Below are positions 33,269 through 42,887 of a DNA stretch of 64,000 nucleotides, piece after piece. A model generated the notes under the pieces. It saw only the letters and a list, made by a program, of their open reading frames with translations. It was not told where the DNA came from and ran no database searches. Source of the DNA: a bacterium (GTDB lineage Bacteria; T1Sed10-126); contig PWHN01000102.1 of NCBI GenBank assembly GCA_003554945.1, positions 240-64,239 on the forward strand. Reading direction: 5' to 3'. The stretch's first letter is position 1. Every line of letters starts with the position of its first letter. Position numbers and translations under genes: made by a program.

Positions 33269-34552
33269 ATGTCAAAAAAGTTAACCTTTGTTCTAACTTC
33301 AGCCGTAATAATTTTTCTTTTATTTTTTTCTGCCGCAAACCTACAAGCCGAAGACAACGAAGTTGTTCTCTATTATTTTTGGGGTGACGGTTGCCCGGTC
33401 TGCTACGAACAGGAACAATATCTCGATTACTTAGAAGATAAATATCCGAATCTAAAAGTAGAAAGATTCGAAGTCTGGCGCGACGAAGAAAATCGGGAAT
33501 TTTTCCAGGAAATGTTGGCGGCGCACGAGATCCCGAGGGACGCCGTCCCCCAGACATTTATCGGCGATCAGCACTGGACCGGCTTCCGCCCTCAGATGCT
33601 GACGGGGATGGAATACGCCATACAATACTGTCAGGAAGCAGACTGTCCCGACCCGCTGGAAAAAGTTCCCGGCCATGAAAAAGCTGTCGAGCACCGGCGA
33701 CCCGACCCGCTTGAGCTCCCTTTTATTGGGGAGATAGAGCTGGACCAGCAACCGCTCTGGCTGGCGACCACGCTTATTGCTTTCGTTGACGGCTTCAATC
33801 CCTGTTCTCTCTGGGTGCTTACCCTTCTGCTGGCGTTAGTTATCCAGACAAAGTCACGTTCGCGCGTGCTGATTGTAGGGATCACATTTTTAATCATCAC
33901 AGCCTCCGCCTACGGCGCTTTCATCGCTGGAGTTTACACTGCTTTTGACTATATTGACCAGCTATTTACAATACAGCTCGTCGTCGCCGCTCTGGCTCTT
34001 CTCTTCGGCTTAGTAAACATCAAGGACTATTTTGCTTATAAAAAAGGAATCAGTTTCACTATACCACAACGATTTCAGCCAAAAATTTACCGCGGCATTC
34101 GCCGACTCTCAAACCCGCGTAAATCAGTCCCCGCTTTGATAGTTACCACAGCGATAATGGCATTGGGAATAACTCTGGTTGAACTCCCCTGCACGGCCGG
34201 ATTTCCTGTCATCTGGAACGGCCTGCTAACGCTTCATGGAACTGGAACGACCGCCTTCCTCTTCCTGCTGATCCTCTACGTATTCATTTACTTGCTAATA
34301 GAACTGATAATTTTCCTTTCCGCCGTCTTCACACTTGACGCAACCCAGATGCAGCAAAAACACGGCGAGGTGCTCAAGCTATTCGGAGGCACGATAATGC
34401 TTGCCCTCGCCGGAGTTCTGGTCTATGACCCCCACCTGATGAACGAGCTGGCCTTCACTCTTTACCTTTTTGCCGGCTCCGTTGCTGTCGCCTTATTCCT
34501 CGTCAGCATTCGCAAATTTTTCTTTTCCAAACCCGAAGCTAAAAGCTCGTAG
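33269..34552 (+). CDS. Thioredoxin-fold domain fused to a DsbD/CcdA-like polytopic membrane domain
   Basis: Signal peptide, then WGDGCPVCY (CxxC) in a thioredoxin/glutaredoxin-like domain, then a membrane domain with Cys in TM segments (FNPCSLW, ELPCTAGFP) as in CcdA/DsbD electron conduits. Confidence 0.55.
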   Translation: MSKKLTFVLTSAVIIFLLFFSAANLQAEDNEVVLYYFWGDGCPVCYEQEQYLDYLEDKYPNLKVERFEVWRDEENREFFQEMLAAHEIPRDAVPQTFIGDQHWTGFRPQMLTGMEYAIQYCQEADCPDPLEKVPGHEKAVEHRRPDPLELPFIGEIELDQQPLWLATTLIAFVDGFNPCSLWVLTLLLALVIQTKSRSRVLIVGITFLIITASAYGAFIAGVYTAFDYIDQLFTIQLVVAALALLFGLVNIKDYFAYKKGISFTIPQRFQPKIYRGIRRLSNPRKSVPALIVTTAIMALGITLVELPCTAGFPVIWNGLLTLHGTGTTAFLFLLILYVFIYLLIELIIFLSAVFTLDATQMQQKHGEVLKLFGGTIMLALAGVLVYDPHLMNELAFTLYLFAGSVAVALFLVSIRKFFFSKPEAKSS

Positions 34553-34557
34553 TTTTC

Positions 34558-35871
34558 ATGCTAAAGCTCTGGAAGCTGGCCTGGCCGGTGATGATTCTCG
34601 GCGGCACGCGGGTGGCCATGCGGACCGCCGATATAATAATTGTTGGGTTTCTTGGCTCCTGGGCGGCCGCTTCGGTGGGATTGGGAGACGTCTGGCTGCG
34701 AGTTATACTTTTTTTTGGTATTGGTCTGGGAGCGGGCACAGTGGCGCGGGTCTCACAGGGGCTGGGAGCCGGCCGTAACAAGCAGGCCGACGCCGCCATG
34801 ACCCAAGCAATACTTATCGTCTTCATCTTCGGTCTGCTAACCACGGCTATATTCTGGTTTTTCAGCCATCACCTGATAATCCTGCTGGGCGGAGACGACG
34901 TCCTGGTTAAACATGCCGGTGGTTACCTGCAAATAGTCGGGCTCTCTGCCATCCCCCGGCTTATCTACCTGGTCTGTTTCCGGGGCATGACCGGCTCACA
35001 GGACTCAATCACCCCCGCCATCATTGGCTCAATTACGACGCTCATAAACATCTTTGCCACCCTCGTGCTTGTCTTTGGACTCTTTGGTCTGCCGGCTTTA
35101 GACGTCGCGGGCGCCGCCTGGGGAACTTTTATTGGCAACACACTGGCCGGGCTCTCCTGCTTCTGGCTGCTCGCCTTCTCCAATTACCGACTCAACTTTA
35201 ATTTCAGTGACTTGAAAAAAGTGAATGAAAGTTTAAAAATTATCCGCATCGGAATCCCCAGGGTATTAAACGGCAGCGTCGATGCAATCGGCAACCTGCC
35301 CCTGAACGCTATTCTGCTCTGGTTTGGCACCGAAGCTGTTGCCGCCTATCAGATTGCTTTTCGGGTCCAGATGCTTGCCATGATGCCTAACTGGGGCATT
35401 GCAGAAGCCGCCGGAGCTTACAGCGGCTACCACCTGGGAGGAGATGACCCCCACCAGGCCGCCGCCCAGGGTTGGGAGGCGGTTAAGTTGTCGCTGCTGG
35501 TCTCGGGGCCGGTAGCACTGGGCCTGGTGCTGCTCCGCCATCCAATTGCTTTCTTATTTATTCGAGAACAGCCCACTCTCCAGATAGCTTCCGAGTTCAT
35601 AACCGTGGGCGGACTGGTTATTCTCTGTTTCTGTATCTACCATTCGCTCGAAGGAGCTCTCGAGGGAGCAGGCCACACCGCCGTGCCAATGCTCTCGGCG
35701 GTCGCCGGAAAGGGGACACTACTGATTCTGGCCGCTTTGCTGGGTGGTTGGATGGGGATGGGGCTGCGGGCAATATATGCCGCTTTTCTGATCGGTTACC
35801 TCCTCCGTTTACTACTCGTCTGGGCCTGGTATGAATATTACCGCTGGGGCGAGCACCCGGCCCTATCTTAA
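34558..35871 (+). CDS. MATE-family efflux transporter
   Basis: 437 aa, about 12 TM helices, with a MATE-like N-terminus (LWKLAWPVMILGGTRVAMRTADIIIVG). Confidence 0.8.
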   Translation: MLKLWKLAWPVMILGGTRVAMRTADIIIVGFLGSWAAASVGLGDVWLRVILFFGIGLGAGTVARVSQGLGAGRNKQADAAMTQAILIVFIFGLLTTAIFWFFSHHLIILLGGDDVLVKHAGGYLQIVGLSAIPRLIYLVCFRGMTGSQDSITPAIIGSITTLINIFATLVLVFGLFGLPALDVAGAAWGTFIGNTLAGLSCFWLLAFSNYRLNFNFSDLKKVNESLKIIRIGIPRVLNGSVDAIGNLPLNAILLWFGTEAVAAYQIAFRVQMLAMMPNWGIAEAAGAYSGYHLGGDDPHQAAAQGWEAVKLSLLVSGPVALGLVLLRHPIAFLFIREQPTLQIASEFITVGGLVILCFCIYHSLEGALEGAGHTAVPMLSAVAGKGTLLILAALLGGWMGMGLRAIYAAFLIGYLLRLLLVWAWYEYYRWGEHPALS

Positions 35872-35965
35872 TCGACTATTACCGCATATTTTTGATAAAA
35901 TAGTTAACCGTTCGATAAACTACGACAGCAGGTCAAATTTAAAATTGCGACTGGAGTGAAAACAA

Positions 35966-36610
35966 TTGTTTATAACCTTTGAGGGCCCCGAAGGATCGGG
36001 AAAAACCACACACGCAAACTTATTAAAAGAATATTTACAAAATAATGGTTACGAGGTCGATCTTACACGGGAACCGGGAGGAACCCCGCTAAGTGAAAAT
36101 ATTCGTGAAATACTACTTGACCCCTCTCACAACATCATGAACGAGCGCACGGAATTACTTCTATACGAAGCCGCCCGGGCACAACATATTGCCGAACGAA
36201 TTAAACCGGCTCTTGAGACGAATAAAGTCGTAATTTGTGACCGTTTTGCTGACGCCTCAGTAGTCTACCAGGGAATAGCCCGCGGCCTGGGGGAGGATAA
36301 GGTCCACTGGCTGAATGAATTTGCCACCGAAGGACTTATGCCCGATTTGACCTTCATAATGGACATAGCAATTAAAGACGGCCTGGAGAAGGCTCGAAAC
36401 AGCTCCCGTGCTAAATGGAATGAAGATACCGGAGATCGAATTGAGCAGGAGAACCTGGAGTTTCATCGGACCGTAAGAGAAGGTTACCGGAAACTGGCCA
36501 AGAAACATAAGAACCGCTGTCACCTGCTGGACCTGAGCAACTCGATTGATGATGTGCAGGAAAAAATAGAACAAATAACTGTGGAGGCACTGGAAAAGTT
36601 TGGAAATTAA
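35966..36610 (+). CDS. tmk: Thymidylate kinase
   Basis: FITFEGPEGSGKTT P-loop, DRF and LID-region strings. TTG start. Confidence 0.9.
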   Translation: MFITFEGPEGSGKTTHANLLKEYLQNNGYEVDLTREPGGTPLSENIREILLDPSHNIMNERTELLLYEAARAQHIAERIKPALETNKVVICDRFADASVVYQGIARGLGEDKVHWLNEFATEGLMPDLTFIMDIAIKDGLEKARNSSRAKWNEDTGDRIEQENLEFHRTVREGYRKLAKKHKNRCHLLDLSNSIDDVQEKIEQITVEALEKFGN

Positions 36611-37115
36611 AAAGACCGTTGACAAGCAGCTCAAAGACTCATTAAGTGGTTTTAAAACAACGGAAGGCGGAGAAACCGGTGCCACCGCTGCGCCAGGCGA
36701 AGAGGCCGAGGACTTTAAAAAAACAATTAAGAAACGTGAGTTTGAGCTCCTTGACATGGAGGTTCAGGATCTGGTTGAGGAGGTCACAACTCGAGGTGAG
36801 CGGTTAAAAGAAAACCAGACGCCGGAAAACGCTCACCGCTACAAGCAAGCGCTGGCCTCCTTCATGAAAAAAGCTCTAAAACTTTCTCGCAAGGTCGAAG
36901 TAAAACGGGGCAAGCGTTCACTTTCGCTCTCCGACCTGCAGAAAAACGATGAGAAAAAACACCGCATAGTTGAAAAGATAGATAAACGCATGGATGAATT
37001 AACAAAAGCAGTTGTTAGCCGACAGGAAGAAAATATCGACGTTGCGGGTCATGTTGATCAGATCAAAGGACTTGTGATTGACCTGGTAAGCGCAATTAAG
37101 GAGCCGGCCCCATGA
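36600..37115 (+). CDS. YaaR-like (DUF327) protein
   Basis: About 170 aa of charged helical protein ending ...QIKGLVIDL, sited between tmk and holB as yaaR is in Firmicutes. The assignment rests on synteny plus the C-terminal pattern. Confidence 0.5.
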   Translation: MEIKKTVDKQLKDSLSGFKTTEGGETGATAAPGEEAEDFKKTIKKREFELLDMEVQDLVEEVTTRGERLKENQTPENAHRYKQALASFMKKALKLSRKVEVKRGKRSLSLSDLQKNDEKKHRIVEKIDKRMDELTKAVVSRQEENIDVAGHVDQIKGLVIDLVSAIKEPAP

Positions 37116-37963
37116 AACTACCAGTGACCCTGCAAAACGCTTATGAGAAGAATAGGCTGGCTCACGCATACCTTTTTTACGGCCTGCCGCCGGGTAAATA
37201 TCATAATTATGTTAAACATTTTTTTCAGTTGCTTGCCTGTGATTCCGAGCAGTCCCCATGTGGCGACTGCCTGGAATGCAAACAGATAGAGCAGCTCATT
37301 CACCCGGATCTACTGGTGTTGAACGAACAAAACGAAAAGATAACTGTGAAAAAAGTAAGGGAAAAAATCATTACGAGAGCGGAGCTAACTCCGGCACGAG
37401 GCGCGCGCATCTACTTCTGGATCAACGACATCAGCCGCCTTACTGATTCCGCTTCCAACGCCCTGCTGAAGGTGCTTGAAGAACCGCCCGGCGAGGCGAT
37501 ATTCTTACTCACAGCACGCTCGCGCTGGCAGTGTCTGCCAACTATTCGTTCTCGCTGCCAGTGGATTCGTTTCACCACCAGTAGACAGCGACCAAACTCA
37601 CCCCTGGAAGCACTGCAAAACTTCTGGAACGAGACAACGCCCGACGACGAGGAAGTTGCCGGCTGGAAACAGCTACTGACGGGGGAAACAACTTCTGATA
37701 AAATAAGCTGGAGTCGAAAAAAAGCGCGAAATTTTTTGAGTTTTTTACTCGCCTGTGTACACCTGGGATACACCGAACCTGAACTGGAGGACAGCTATAA
37801 AAATATTATTGAACAGCGTAATTTAACTTACCGACTGGTTCCCGCCATCCTTGAGCGACTCGCTGAACTTGAACAGGGCGGACAACCGCTGTTGATAGTA
37901 AATTCAATACTGGAAGAAATCTATTATCCCGAGGAGAATCAACAATGGCTAAACGTTATCTAA
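37112..37963 (+). CDS. holB: DNA polymerase III delta' subunit
   Basis: LAHAYLFYG, a Cys cluster (CGDCLECKQI), HPD, and ALLKVLEEPP with a SRC-like motif (IRSRCQ). Confidence 0.88.
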   Translation: MKLPVTLQNAYEKNRLAHAYLFYGLPPGKYHNYVKHFFQLLACDSEQSPCGDCLECKQIEQLIHPDLLVLNEQNEKITVKKVREKIITRAELTPARGARIYFWINDISRLTDSASNALLKVLEEPPGEAIFLLTARSRWQCLPTIRSRCQWIRFTTSRQRPNSPLEALQNFWNETTPDDEEVAGWKQLLTGETTSDKISWSRKKARNFLSFLLACVHLGYTEPELEDSYKNIIEQRNLTYRLVPAILERLAELEQGGQPLLIVNSILEEIYYPEENQQWLNVI

Positions 37964-39453
37964 CTACTCCGATTTATTATGTGAACGCCGAGCCACATAT
38001 CGGCCACGCTTATACAAATATTGCCACCGACAGTCTAGCTCGATTTTACCGAACGATGGGCGACGATGTCTATTTTTTGACCGGTACTGACGAGCACGGC
38101 GAAAAAGTTGGTAGAACAGCTAACGAAGAAGGAAAAGAGCCACAAGAATTTGTAGACGAGGTAGTTAAAACTTTTCGCCGGCTATGGCAGGACCTAAAAC
38201 TTTCACACGACGGTTTCATTCGCACCACCGATCAGCGGCACGTTGAAGCAGTCCAGCACGTATTCCAGCAACTCTACGATCAGGGAGACATTTACCTCGA
38301 CACCTACGAGGGTCCTTACTGCGTCCACTGCGAAACCTACTGGTCTGAAAATAAGTTAGACGACCAGGGAAACTGTCCGGAATGTAACCGCGCCGTCGAG
38401 TATATTAGTGAAGATAGCTATTTCTTCCGACTGACAAAATATATTCCTGAACTGCGCAAACACCTCGAGGCCAATCCAAAATTTGTCAGTCCAGAAAGCC
38501 GCTACAATGAAGTCGTCAATTTGTTGAACGAAGGGGTTCAGGACCTCAGTGTCAGCCGAACAAAGTTCGACTGGGGAATTCCAGTTCCATTTGACGAAGA
38601 TCACGTTGTTTACGTCTGGTTTGACGCCCTGCTCAACTACTTGAGCGGTATCGGTTATCCGAACAAAAAATTTGAAGATTGGTGGCCGCCAAAAGTTCAA
38701 TTTATCGGCAAAGATATTCTTAGATTTCACGCTGTCATCTGGCCCTGTATGCTGATGGCTCTCGACGTTGCTCTCCCCGAAAGGGTGCAGGCCCACGGCT
38801 GGTGGACTTTAGAGGGGGACAAAATTTCCAAGTCAAAAGGTAACGTGGTTGACCCGCGAGAGCTGGCCCACCAGTTTGGGCGGGACGCCCTGCGTTATTT
38901 TCTGCTGCGTCGTATCCCGTTTGGTGAAGACGGGGTAATGTCCGACGAAGGATTGGTTGAACTAATTAATGGTGAACTGGCCAACAACCTCGGCAATCTG
39001 GTCAACCGCTCGCTGTCCATGGTAGAAAAATTTGCTGACGGAATCGTCCCGAAACCGGAAGAATTAGAAACTGATCTCGAAAGTCCGGCTGATTTTGCCG
39101 CACAGCACCGCCAGAACTTCATTGAACTTATGGAAGACTTAAAATTCGACCGGGCCCTCAAGGAATTAATGCTTTTTACCTCAAAGACCAACCGCTGGCT
39201 CCAGGAAGAGGCCCCCTGGAAACTTGACCGGGAGGAGAACCGGGAAAGAATCAACGCCATCCTCTATCAACTCTGCGAAGCACTTAATGAAATCTCCTAC
39301 CTGGCTGAACCGGTTATGCCCGAAACTGCCGCTGAAATTAAAAAAAGACTTGAAGTTAGCGAGCAGGGCAACCTGGAAACACGACGCTGGGGAGAACTAA
39401 AAGGTGGCGAAAAAGTCACAATTGGCGATCCCCTGTTTCCACGGATTGACTGA
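37945..39453 (+). CDS. metG: Methionine--tRNA ligase (short form)
   Basis: HIGH motif (PHIGHAYT), a Cys knuckle (CVHCETY..CPECN) and KMSKS as KISKSKGN. Confidence 0.95.
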   Translation: MAKRYLTTPIYYVNAEPHIGHAYTNIATDSLARFYRTMGDDVYFLTGTDEHGEKVGRTANEEGKEPQEFVDEVVKTFRRLWQDLKLSHDGFIRTTDQRHVEAVQHVFQQLYDQGDIYLDTYEGPYCVHCETYWSENKLDDQGNCPECNRAVEYISEDSYFFRLTKYIPELRKHLEANPKFVSPESRYNEVVNLLNEGVQDLSVSRTKFDWGIPVPFDEDHVVYVWFDALLNYLSGIGYPNKKFEDWWPPKVQFIGKDILRFHAVIWPCMLMALDVALPERVQAHGWWTLEGDKISKSKGNVVDPRELAHQFGRDALRYFLLRRIPFGEDGVMSDEGLVELINGELANNLGNLVNRSLSMVEKFADGIVPKPEELETDLESPADFAAQHRQNFIELMEDLKFDRALKELMLFTSKTNRWLQEEAPWKLDREENRERINAILYQLCEALNEISYLAEPVMPETAAEIKKRLEVSEQGNLETRRWGELKGGEKVTIGDPLFPRID

Positions 39454-39455
39454 AC

Positions 39456-40238
39456 GTGATTGATAGCCACGCCCACCTTTTTGAACAGTATTATGGCAAC
39501 GATTTAACGACTCTTCTCCAACAACTGCAGGAGACTATGGAGGCTGTATTAGTAGTTGGAGTTGACCGTAAAACCAGCGAGGAAGCTCTACAGATAGCGG
39601 AAAAATTTGACTACGTTTATGCCGCCGCAGGTATACATCCCCACAAAGCTCGCCCGCTAAATAAAAAAGAGTTAGCCTGGTTTGAACAGATAGGCAAGGA
39701 AGAAAAAGTAGTTGCTCTTGGGGAAACAGGTCTTGATTACTTCTACGAAAATAGCCCTAAAGCAGAACAGAAGAAACTTTGTCGCCAGTTTCTTGAGCTT
39801 ACCGGAGAAATAAATCTACCTTTAATCCTTCACGTTCGACCCGCCGCTGGAAAAAACGACGCCTTCAACGATATCTTTAAAATTATTGAGACCACCGGTA
39901 GAAAAGAATTTGACGGAGTTTTTCACTGTTTTTCCGGGAATTCAGAAAACGCGCACAAAGCAATTAAGTTCGGGTTTTACTGTTCATTCGCCGGCAATTT
40001 AACATTTGCTAACGACCCTGAATTGGAAAAAGCGGCGCGACAGATACCAGCTAAAAGACTCCTTGCTGAAACAGATTCTCCCTACCTGGCACCACAGCCA
40101 AAACGGGGCAGACAAAATCGTCCTGACTTTGTCAAACATACGGTCAAAAAGCTGGCAGAATTAAAAAATTTACCCTTCGATAAGCTTAGCAATAGATTGA
40201 AAGATAATTTTTTCTCACTCTTTTGCGGTAAAAATTAG
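39456..40238 (+). CDS. tatD: TatD-family metal-dependent hydrolase
   Basis: IDSHAHL N-terminus, GETGLDY, HVR, FHCFSG and ETDSPYL motifs. GTG start. Confidence 0.9.
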   Translation: MIDSHAHLFEQYYGNDLTTLLQQLQETMEAVLVVGVDRKTSEEALQIAEKFDYVYAAAGIHPHKARPLNKKELAWFEQIGKEEKVVALGETGLDYFYENSPKAEQKKLCRQFLELTGEINLPLILHVRPAAGKNDAFNDIFKIIETTGRKEFDGVFHCFSGNSENAHKAIKFGFYCSFAGNLTFANDPELEKAARQIPAKRLLAETDSPYLAPQPKRGRQNRPDFVKHTVKKLAELKNLPFDKLSNRLKDNFFSLFCGKN

Positions 40239-40241
40239 CGT

Positions 40242-40312
40242 AACTACTCAACTTATCTTTCCCCCTCACCCTATCCTTCTCCCTCCAGGGGAGAGGGAAT
40301 AGATGAGTAGTT
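40242..40312. repeat. Family-2 intergenic repeat (71 nt, terminal inverted repeat AACTACTCA/TGAGTAGTT)
   Basis: Its reverse complement aligns with 53233-53315: AACTACTCATCTAT.CCCTCTCCCCTGGAGGGAGA.GG ... GGGTGAGGGGGAAAGAT. Confidence 0.75.
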
Positions 40313-40744
40313 AAAAATCAGCAATACAAGGTATTTTTTGTTTTTACTTTATGTGAACTATTTTTTTCATAATGGTAATTCATTTGCAAAATTTAAAATT
40401 AGTTCAAAAAATTTTTGCTCCTTGATATCAAGTGGTTTCAGCCTGCTTTTTACCAAAAGTTAAAATTAGAAAAATAAGGTTCTCCCCCGCTAAAAAATTT
40501 ATTATTCACCAGCAAATTAATTTAGATTCAATATACTTAGCCCAGCTATGAAAATTATCATTCGCACCCCCCCTTCAAAAAATAAATTAATTAGATGCGA
40601 GTTCAAATCACAATACGGACCATTCAAACCGGTAGAATTCGGGGGAGATTTTTCTTCTTGACCGGCCTTTGATAATCCGATATATTTTTACCGCTTAAGT
40701 TGGGAGGTCAGGAAAAACCAATCGCACTATAAATGTTGATTAAT

Positions 40745-40753
40745 TGTGGATAA
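40745..40753 (-). promoter_or_regulatory. DnaA box (perfect TTATCCACA on minus strand)
   Basis: The plus strand reads TGTGGATAA. Confidence 0.7.
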
Positions 40754-40978
40754 GTCAGACCTTTTTCCGAAGCTATTAACACGGTGGGAATTATTCTACA
40801 CACAAAGTGAATACAAGCACTTTCAGAATACTATCTCAGGGGAATGATTTTCTAAAAATGGCTAAAATAAGGTCTTTTTGAATGATTTAAGTTATTTTTT
40901 CCTGAGATAATGGCTTGAGCTCTTTAAAATTTTTACAGGCTCAATCGGGCGTTCAAGTTATATCTATTAATTTCCGGT

Positions 40979-40998
40979 TGTGGATAACTTGTTGATAA
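40979..40998 (-). promoter_or_regulatory. Tandem DnaA boxes just upstream of dnaA
   Basis: TGTGGATAA (perfect, 40979-40987) then TGTTGATAA (1 mismatch, 40990-40998). Confidence 0.7.
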
Positions 40999-41008
40999 CT
41001 TTAGTGGA

Positions 41009-42436
41009 GTGATTAATTTGGCCTTATCGGAAAAAAATAGTTCCTATCGTAAACATAGTCAAAAAATGGATAAAAGATGGGATAACTTTCAGGAAATTTT
41101 TCGTGAGCGTATCGGAGACCGGCAGTTCCAGGTTTTTGGAAGCATGCTTGAATTGGTTGACATCAACGACAACAAAGTTGAAATGAAAACTCCTCAGGAT
41201 TTTCACCGGGACTGGTTGCTTGAAAAACATCGAGACGCTTTTGAAGAGAGTTTCGAGCTAGCCTTTGGCCCTGAAAAGGATTATAAAATCAACGTTGATA
41301 AATCAACTACAACTGAGGTTGGCAAAACAATTTCTTCCCCGGAAACAACCAGTGCCCCTCAATCTACAAATTCTCAAAAGGAAAAAAAAGTTTTTCCTTT
41401 TGCTAAGAAAAGACAGTTAAACCCTTCATACACATTTGAAAATTTTGTCGTTGGAAATTCTAACAACTATGCCTATTCAGCCGCGCAAGCGGTGGCTGAA
41501 AATCCTGCTGAAGGTTACAATCCTTTATTTTTACACGGCGACGTCGGCCTGGGCAAGACCCATCTGCTCCAGGCTATTGGTCATCGGGTAAGCGATCTCT
41601 GGGAACAGGCAGCGGTAAAATATGTATCAGCTGAAAAATTCACCAACGAAATAATTCAGGCAATTCAGGAGCACAACCGCAAGGAATTTAAATACCGTTA
41701 CCGTAATATTGATCTGCTTCTGGTCGATGACGTTCAGTTTTTTGCCCAGACAGAACGGGCTCAGGAGGAGTTTTTTCATACTTTTAACGCACTTTATGAA
41801 AGCGGCAAGGGAATAGCCCTCTGTAGTGATCGACCTCCCCAGGAGATTTCTTTACTTGAGGAGCGCCTGCGGAATCGGTTTGAAATGGGCTTTATTGTCG
41901 ACATCCAACCCCCTGATTATGAAACGCGAGTTGCTATTCTACGAAATAAAGCCAATCAGGCGGGCATTGCTCTCTCTGACGAAATAATTCATACAATTGC
42001 TGAGAACATAACTAATAACGTGCGTGCCCTGGAAGGCAGCTTAAACCAGCTTACTATCATGAGCTCCTTTTCAGACGAGGAGATCACTCCAAATATGATT
42101 AAGTCCAGGCTGGCCAGTTTTATGCAGGCTGATCAACGACTCCAAACTGAAGTTGTTACCGTTGACGCCATACAGGAGGCGGTGGCCGAACACTTCAGCG
42201 TCTCAATTGCTAATTTAAAATCCAAAAAGCGAACCAAAGCTATTGCTTATCCTCGACAGATAGCAATGTTTCTCTGCCGGGAGCTAACTGACAGCTCCTA
42301 CGCTGATATTGGCGAGGCCTTTGGTGGTCGTGATCACTCGACCGTCATTCACGGTGAGAACAAGATTTCCGATGAACTGGAAAACAATAACGTAGAAATA
42401 AAATCGCACCTGGAAAAAATCAAATCTCTTCTTTAA
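41009..42436 (+). CDS. dnaA: Chromosomal replication initiator DnaA
   Basis: AAA+ core (LFLHGDVGLGKTHLL, LLVDDVQF), sensor motifs, and the C-terminal DNA-binding domain (RQIAMFLCRELT, GGRDHSTVIHG). The start is uncertain: GTG at 41009 or ATG at 41066. Confidence 0.95.
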   Translation: MINLALSEKNSSYRKHSQKMDKRWDNFQEIFRERIGDRQFQVFGSMLELVDINDNKVEMKTPQDFHRDWLLEKHRDAFEESFELAFGPEKDYKINVDKSTTTEVGKTISSPETTSAPQSTNSQKEKKVFPFAKKRQLNPSYTFENFVVGNSNNYAYSAAQAVAENPAEGYNPLFLHGDVGLGKTHLLQAIGHRVSDLWEQAAVKYVSAEKFTNEIIQAIQEHNRKEFKYRYRNIDLLLVDDVQFFAQTERAQEEFFHTFNALYESGKGIALCSDRPPQEISLLEERLRNRFEMGFIVDIQPPDYETRVAILRNKANQAGIALSDEIIHTIAENITNNVRALEGSLNQLTIMSSFSDEEITPNMIKSRLASFMQADQRLQTEVVTVDAIQEAVAEHFSVSIANLKSKKRTKAIAYPRQIAMFLCRELTDSSYADIGEAFGGRDHSTVIHGENKISDELENNNVEIKSHLEKIKSLL

Positions 42437-42439
42437 TTC

Positions 42440-42887
42440 TGCTCTTTATTTCTAATCCTCCCTCTAACAACTATTTTTTGCTCTAACAGGTTGCATTCCA
42501 CTTGCGCAATGTAATTATAAAATCTACAATTTAACGGCTGGGTAAAATTTTTTTAGACAGTCGTAAATTATTTCTGAACTATCGATGTCAAAAGACTTTT
42601 CAGCAGGCCAAAAATCCAGGTTTTTGGCTATAAATTTATACATTTTTTGACTGTTTAAAATATGTGCAAAACTGCTGTTAACAGATTGGGGATAACCGTG
42701 GACAAGTTGCTATTTTGGTAACTTTCCCACAATTGGTCGTTTTTATCCCCGGTAATGTTAATACTTTACTAACAGAAATTATTCGCAAATTACGCTACTT
42801 AGGACATTTATCAACTAATCCACAGGTACTACTACTACTGCTGTTTATATAAATAAATTAGAAGTTAGTAGTAAAAGGAGGAGAAAA
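42440..42887. other. dnaA-dnaN spacer with degenerate DnaA-box-like words
   Basis: TAATCCACA (42816-42824, 1 mismatch), TTATCCCC and CGTGGACAA-type words in AT-rich sequence. A second oriC half is possible, as in bipartite origins. Confidence 0.35.

Larger units (their letters stand above)
40320..41008. other. Candidate oriC / dnaA control region
   Basis: A 770-nt non-coding gap upstream of dnaA holds an AT-rich stretch (about 40330-40560). It has two perfect DnaA boxes and one 1-mismatch box. Confidence 0.6.

Noticed and set aside
42607-42628. Hairpin GCCAAAAA-TCCAGG-TTTTTGGC as a dnaA terminator.
   Set aside because: The stem is A/T-rich, there is no trailing T-run, and it lies 170 nt past the stop inside a probable origin-associated spacer. 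That is not enough to call a terminator.
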